A stretch of DNA of 38,278 nt from an uncultured Planctomycetales bacterium (GTDB taxonomy: Bacteria > Omnitrophota > Gorgyraeia > Zapsychrales > Fredricksoniimonadaceae): positions 80,284 to 118,561 of the forward strand of contig CAZABZ010000001.1 in the NCBI GenBank assembly GCA_964483535.1, given 5' to 3'. This document shows positions 35,228-38,278 of this stretch, in pieces (the first letter of the stretch is position 1; every line of letters begins with the position of its first letter). Both the position numbers and the translations under genes were made by a program. The notes under the pieces are model-generated. The model worked only from the letters and a program-made list of their open reading frames with translations. It searched no databases and was not told where the DNA came from.

Positions 35228-36856
35228 ATGGAACGCAACACCCTTTTAGCCATTGTCCTATCCGCATTAGTTTTATTCAGCTATCAAGCGATTTTCGTTG
35301 CCCCTAAACAGGCCACGCCTGTGACTGGGCAGACGGAACTGTTAAAAAATTCACAAAGCACTGCAGCGCAAAGTGTTAGCGTAACAAACAATCCCCAACC
35401 AGTAATAGCCCCAAATAATGCCATAGAAACCACAAACATAATAAATAAGACGATAGATTATGAATTGAAAACCACAGACTCTGATCTTTCATACACAAAT
35501 GTGGGTGGCTCGCTCCACAATATAGATTTCTTAGGAAACAAGGCCTTCCCCATAACAGATGTATTAAGTATTGGTGGTTTTGAGAACGTCCAGTATACGG
35601 GCCAAAAATTAGATAACAAAAAAGTTACTTTTGTATATAGGGATAAAAACTGGCAGATAACAAAGACGTATGAAGTTATAGATACGAATTTTATAAAAGT
35701 CAGAATGGAAATTAAAAATTTATCGGAAATTTCCATTCTGAATAATGTTAATTTTACAGCCTTTGAAATTGATGAATCCAGAATAGACATTAATCAAAAT
35801 AACAGAGAAAGCGCCTTGTATGAGTATTCAGTTTACGCAAACAATAAAATATTTCGCAAAGGCAGCGCCACTAAATTTAATGACAAAAACGCTCAAAGCG
35901 GATCAGCAAAGGTCAACTGGGTTGGTTTCAGGGACCATTATCAGGCTCTTATTGTTAAACCTGAATTTGAAACAAAAGCCTATGAAATTAAAGCAGATAG
36001 CGATAAACAGTTAAATGTTTCTATCAGGCCTAAGGATAAAAATTTGGCGCCAGGGGAAAGCGTGACCTATGATTTTAGTATTTATGCAGGTCCTCAAAGC
36101 CCATGGTTGATGAAGAAATACCAAAAAGATTTTGAAAAAATCGTCGCCTTTAGCAGTTTCGCTATAATTGAATGGATAGGGCAGGCTATTTATTATACGA
36201 TCCCATTTTTACATGGTATTTTTGGATCTTGGGGGATGGCCATTATTGTGATCAGTATGATGATTTATAGCTTAACCTATCCATTAACCATGCAAAGCAT
36301 GATGTCTATGCGTAAAATGCAGGAAGTTCAGCCTAAAATCGCGGCGTTGAGAGATCGATATAAAAATGAACCGGAGAAATTGAACAAGGAAATGATGGAG
36401 ATTTACCGTCGAGAAAAGATCAATCCCTTTGGTGGATGCCTGCCATTTTTAATACAGATGCCATTTTTTATGGCCTTGTATCAAATATTGTGGCGTGCTC
36501 AATATTTTCAGGGTCAGGGATTCTTGTGGATCAAAGATTTATCCCAACCGGACCGCCTAATAATTTTCCCTTTTTATTTGCCTTTATTAGGTAATGAGTT
36601 TAATATATTACCAATCTTAACAGGCGGTGTCATGTTCCTGCAACAGAAAATATCAAGCAAGAGCATGACGGTAATGGATGAACAACAAGCTATGCAACAG
36701 AAGATGATGATGTATATTTTGCCGGTAATGATGACCTGTATGTTTTATCGGTTTGCCAGTTCCTGGGCGATATATTTCTTGGTTTTTTATATTCTTTCAA
36801 CAGCAACACAATGGAAAATAGCGCATGGTTATCAAATCAGAAGCCAGCGAGTTTGA
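35228..36856 (+). CDS. yidC: Membrane protein insertase YidC
   Basis: N-terminal TM helix, a large periplasmic domain, and a conserved core (KMQEVQPKIAALRDRYKNEPEKLNKEMMEIYRREKINPFGGCLPFLIQMPFFMALY). Confidence 0.95.
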   Translation: MERNTLLAIVLSALVLFSYQAIFVAPKQATPVTGQTELLKNSQSTAAQSVSVTNNPQPVIAPNNAIETTNIINKTIDYELKTTDSDLSYTNVGGSLHNIDFLGNKAFPITDVLSIGGFENVQYTGQKLDNKKVTFVYRDKNWQITKTYEVIDTNFIKVRMEIKNLSEISILNNVNFTAFEIDESRIDINQNNRESALYEYSVYANNKIFRKGSATKFNDKNAQSGSAKVNWVGFRDHYQALIVKPEFETKAYEIKADSDKQLNVSIRPKDKNLAPGESVTYDFSIYAGPQSPWLMKKYQKDFEKIVAFSSFAIIEWIGQAIYYTIPFLHGIFGSWGMAIIVISMMIYSLTYPLTMQSMMSMRKMQEVQPKIAALRDRYKNEPEKLNKEMMEIYRREKINPFGGCLPFLIQMPFFMALYQILWRAQYFQGQGFLWIKDLSQPDRLIIFPFYLPLLGNEFNILPILTGGVMFLQQKISSKSMTVMDEQQAMQQKMMMYILPVMMTCMFYRFASSWAIYFLVFYILSTATQWKIAHGYQIRSQRV

Positions 36857-37010
36857 AGGCAATACCGTCGACGAGGCTATTAATAAGGCTGTTTTAAATC
36901 TCGGCGTTCCTAAAAATCAGCTAGATATTAAAATTGTCTGTGAAGAGAAGCGCGGGCTTTTTGGTATGCAAGGGGCCAAATCTGCTAAAATTAAGGTGAC
37001 TATCAAATAG
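36825..37010 (+). CDS. Jag N-terminal-domain-only protein (truncated Jag/KhpB, no KH or R3H domains)
   Basis: FEGNTVDEAINKAVLNLGVPKNQLDIKIVCEEKRGLFGMQGAKSAKIKV matches the Jag_N pattern. The ORF stops after 61 aa. Overlaps yidC by 32 nt. Confidence 0.6.
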   Translation: MVIKSEASEFEGNTVDEAINKAVLNLGVPKNQLDIKIVCEEKRGLFGMQGAKSAKIKVTIK

Positions 37011-37012
37011 GG

Positions 37013-37032
37013 CCGGTTTCACGTGAAACCGG
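37013..37032. promoter_or_regulatory. parS centromere-like site within a 20-bp perfect palindrome CCGGTTTCACGTGAAACCGG
   Basis: The core GTTTCACGTGAAAC matches the canonical parS tGTTTCACGTGAAACa. It lies 15 nt upstream of parA. Confidence 0.8.
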
Positions 37033-37046
37033 GATTAAGGGCAAAA

Positions 37047-37823
37047 ATGGCAAAAACGATCGCTGTTTGTAATCAAAAAGGCGGTACAGGCAAGACAACT
37101 ACAACCATCAATTTAGCATCAGCCCTGGCTGTTTTAGGCAAAAAAATCCTTATTGTAGACATGGACCCCCAAGGCAATGCAAGCAGCGGGGTAGGGGTTA
37201 ATAAGAATGAAATTAAAGAATCCTTATACGATGTGCTCATTCACCGCATTGCGATCACCCAAGGCCTGATTAAAACGGGCGTCAATAATTTAGACATCGT
37301 TCCCTGCAACATTAATCTGACCGGAGCAGAAATAGAGCTCGTCGGTGTTCTGTCCCGGGAAACCAGACTTAAAAAAGCGATAGAGACGATCAAAGAGGGG
37401 TATGATTTTATATTTATTGATTCTCCGCCGTCCTTAGGCCTGTTAACGCTCAATGCTTTAGTGGCCGCAGACTCCATTCTAGTTCCTATTCAGTGTGAAT
37501 TTTATGCCCTTGAAGGCGTGTCCCAATTATTAAATACCATAGCTTTGGTTAAAGATGGTCTTAATCCGGATCTGCATATTGAAGGCGTTTTAATGACGAT
37601 GGCAGATTTTAGGACTAATTTAACCAATGAAGTTATTAATGAAATCAAGAATTATTTTAAAGATAAAGTATATAAGTCAATCATTCCCAGGAACATACGT
37701 CTCAGTGAGGCGCCAAGTTTTGGCAAGCCGATCAATTTTTATGACAGCGCTTCGGTGGGGTCGATAAAGTATAAAGAATTGGCTGAAGAGTTCTTGTTGG
37801 CGAACGAATTTAGGAGAGGTTAG
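37047..37823 (+). CDS. parA: Chromosome partitioning ATPase ParA/Soj; start at ATG 37047
   Basis: MAKTIAVCNQKGGTGKTTT deviant Walker A and DSPPSLG. The upstream GTG at 37023 sits inside the parS palindrome. Confidence 0.9.
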   Translation: MAKTIAVCNQKGGTGKTTTTINLASALAVLGKKILIVDMDPQGNASSGVGVNKNEIKESLYDVLIHRIAITQGLIKTGVNNLDIVPCNINLTGAEIELVGVLSRETRLKKAIETIKEGYDFIFIDSPPSLGLLTLNALVAADSILVPIQCEFYALEGVSQLLNTIALVKDGLNPDLHIEGVLMTMADFRTNLTNEVINEIKNYFKDKVYKSIIPRNIRLSEAPSFGKPINFYDSASVGSIKYKELAEEFLLANEFRRG

Positions 37824-37824
37824 A

Positions 37825-38278
37825 ATGGGGAAAAAAGTTTTAGGCAAAGGCTTGTCAGCGCTCATATCAAGTAAACCTTCTGAAAACACGCTTGATCAAG
37901 AAATTCCAAGCTTGGAAATTAATTCATCTGGTGGCATTGCGTACGTTAACATAATGTCCATTCTGGAGAATAGATTTCAGCCTAGACAGAATTATGATGA
38001 ATCAAAATTAGCAGATTTAAAAGCATCAATTAAAGAAAAAGGCGTTTTACAGCCTATTTTAGTGCGGAAACATGAAGATGGATATGAAATCATAGCAGGA
38101 GAGAGGCGTTTAAGAGCGGCAAAAGCCGTTGGCTTAAAACAAGTTCCGGTCATCATCAAAAATGTTACTGATCGGGAAGCCCTGGTCTTGGCCTTAGTCG
38201 AGAACATACAGCGCGAAGAATTGAATGCCATTGAAGAAGCGCTTGGCTTTAAACGCCTGATGGAAGAATTTCAATTCA
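37825..38278 (+). CDS. parB: Chromosome partitioning protein ParB/Spo0J, 3'-truncated by the window edge
   Basis: Hand translation gives MGKKVLGKGLSALIS...QPRQNYDESKLADLKASIKEKGVLQPILVRK...YEIIAGERRLRAAK...ALVENIQREELN. AGGAGAGG SD upstream. No stop codon before the window ends. Confidence 0.9.
   Translation, partial: MGKKVLGKGLSALISSKPSENTLDQEIPSLEINSSGGIAYVNIMSILENRFQPRQNYDESKLADLKASIKEKGVLQPILVRKHEDGYEIIAGERRLRAAKAVGLKQVPVIIKNVTDREALVLALVENIQREELNAIEEALGFKRLMEEFQF

Noticed and set aside
37023-37046. GTG start for parA given by the ORF track
   Set aside because: The GTG is the centre of the parS palindrome. The conserved ParA N-terminus (MAKTIAVCNQKGGTGKT) begins at ATG 37047.
37952-37966. 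15-nt match (reverse strand) of the CCAGAATGGACATTA repeat inside parB
   Set aside because: In a 38-kb window roughly one chance 15-mer match between any two positions is expected. It lies within conserved coding sequence and has no obvious regulatory context.

Overview
Origin-proximal chromosomal window from a diderm bacterium, probably an uncultivated lineage (a guess from gene content and repeat families, not tested). The right third is the conserved replication-origin neighbourhood. On the minus strand it holds dnaA, dnaN, a DUF721/DciA-like gene, gyrB and gyrA. On the plus strand it holds rpmH, yidD, yidC, a truncated jag, parA and parB. Three perfect DnaA boxes lie between dnaA and dnaN, and a parS palindrome lies just before parA. 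Gene orientation switches at about 34.6-34.8 kb, as expected for an origin. A housekeeping block follows to the left: tRNA-Glu, a GST, a Nit-type hydrolase, mdh and a PpiC-type lipoprotein. The left 23 kb is the unusual part, a large atypical Tad/Flp-type (type IVc) pilus locus split into two blocks. Block 1 (22823..17084) holds a CpaB-like protein, a secretin fused to a TonB C-terminal domain, a fused CpaE-CpaF ATPase, a DUF192 protein and a small membrane protein. Block 2 (12101..508) holds an HTH protein, eight tandem Flp-type pilin genes (one is a 51-aa gene missing from the ORF track), and four TadE/TadG-like proteins of 623, 83, 1130 and 116 aa. TadB and TadC complete Block 2. A cobalamin module sits between the blocks: a compact cobalamin riboswitch with an intrinsic terminator, a TonB-dependent receptor, and a B12-binding radical SAM enzyme with its own polytopic membrane domain. 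No prepilin peptidase, CRISPR array, transposase with recognisable ends or rRNA was found. Product calls rest on motif-level recognition of the translations, with no database search run.
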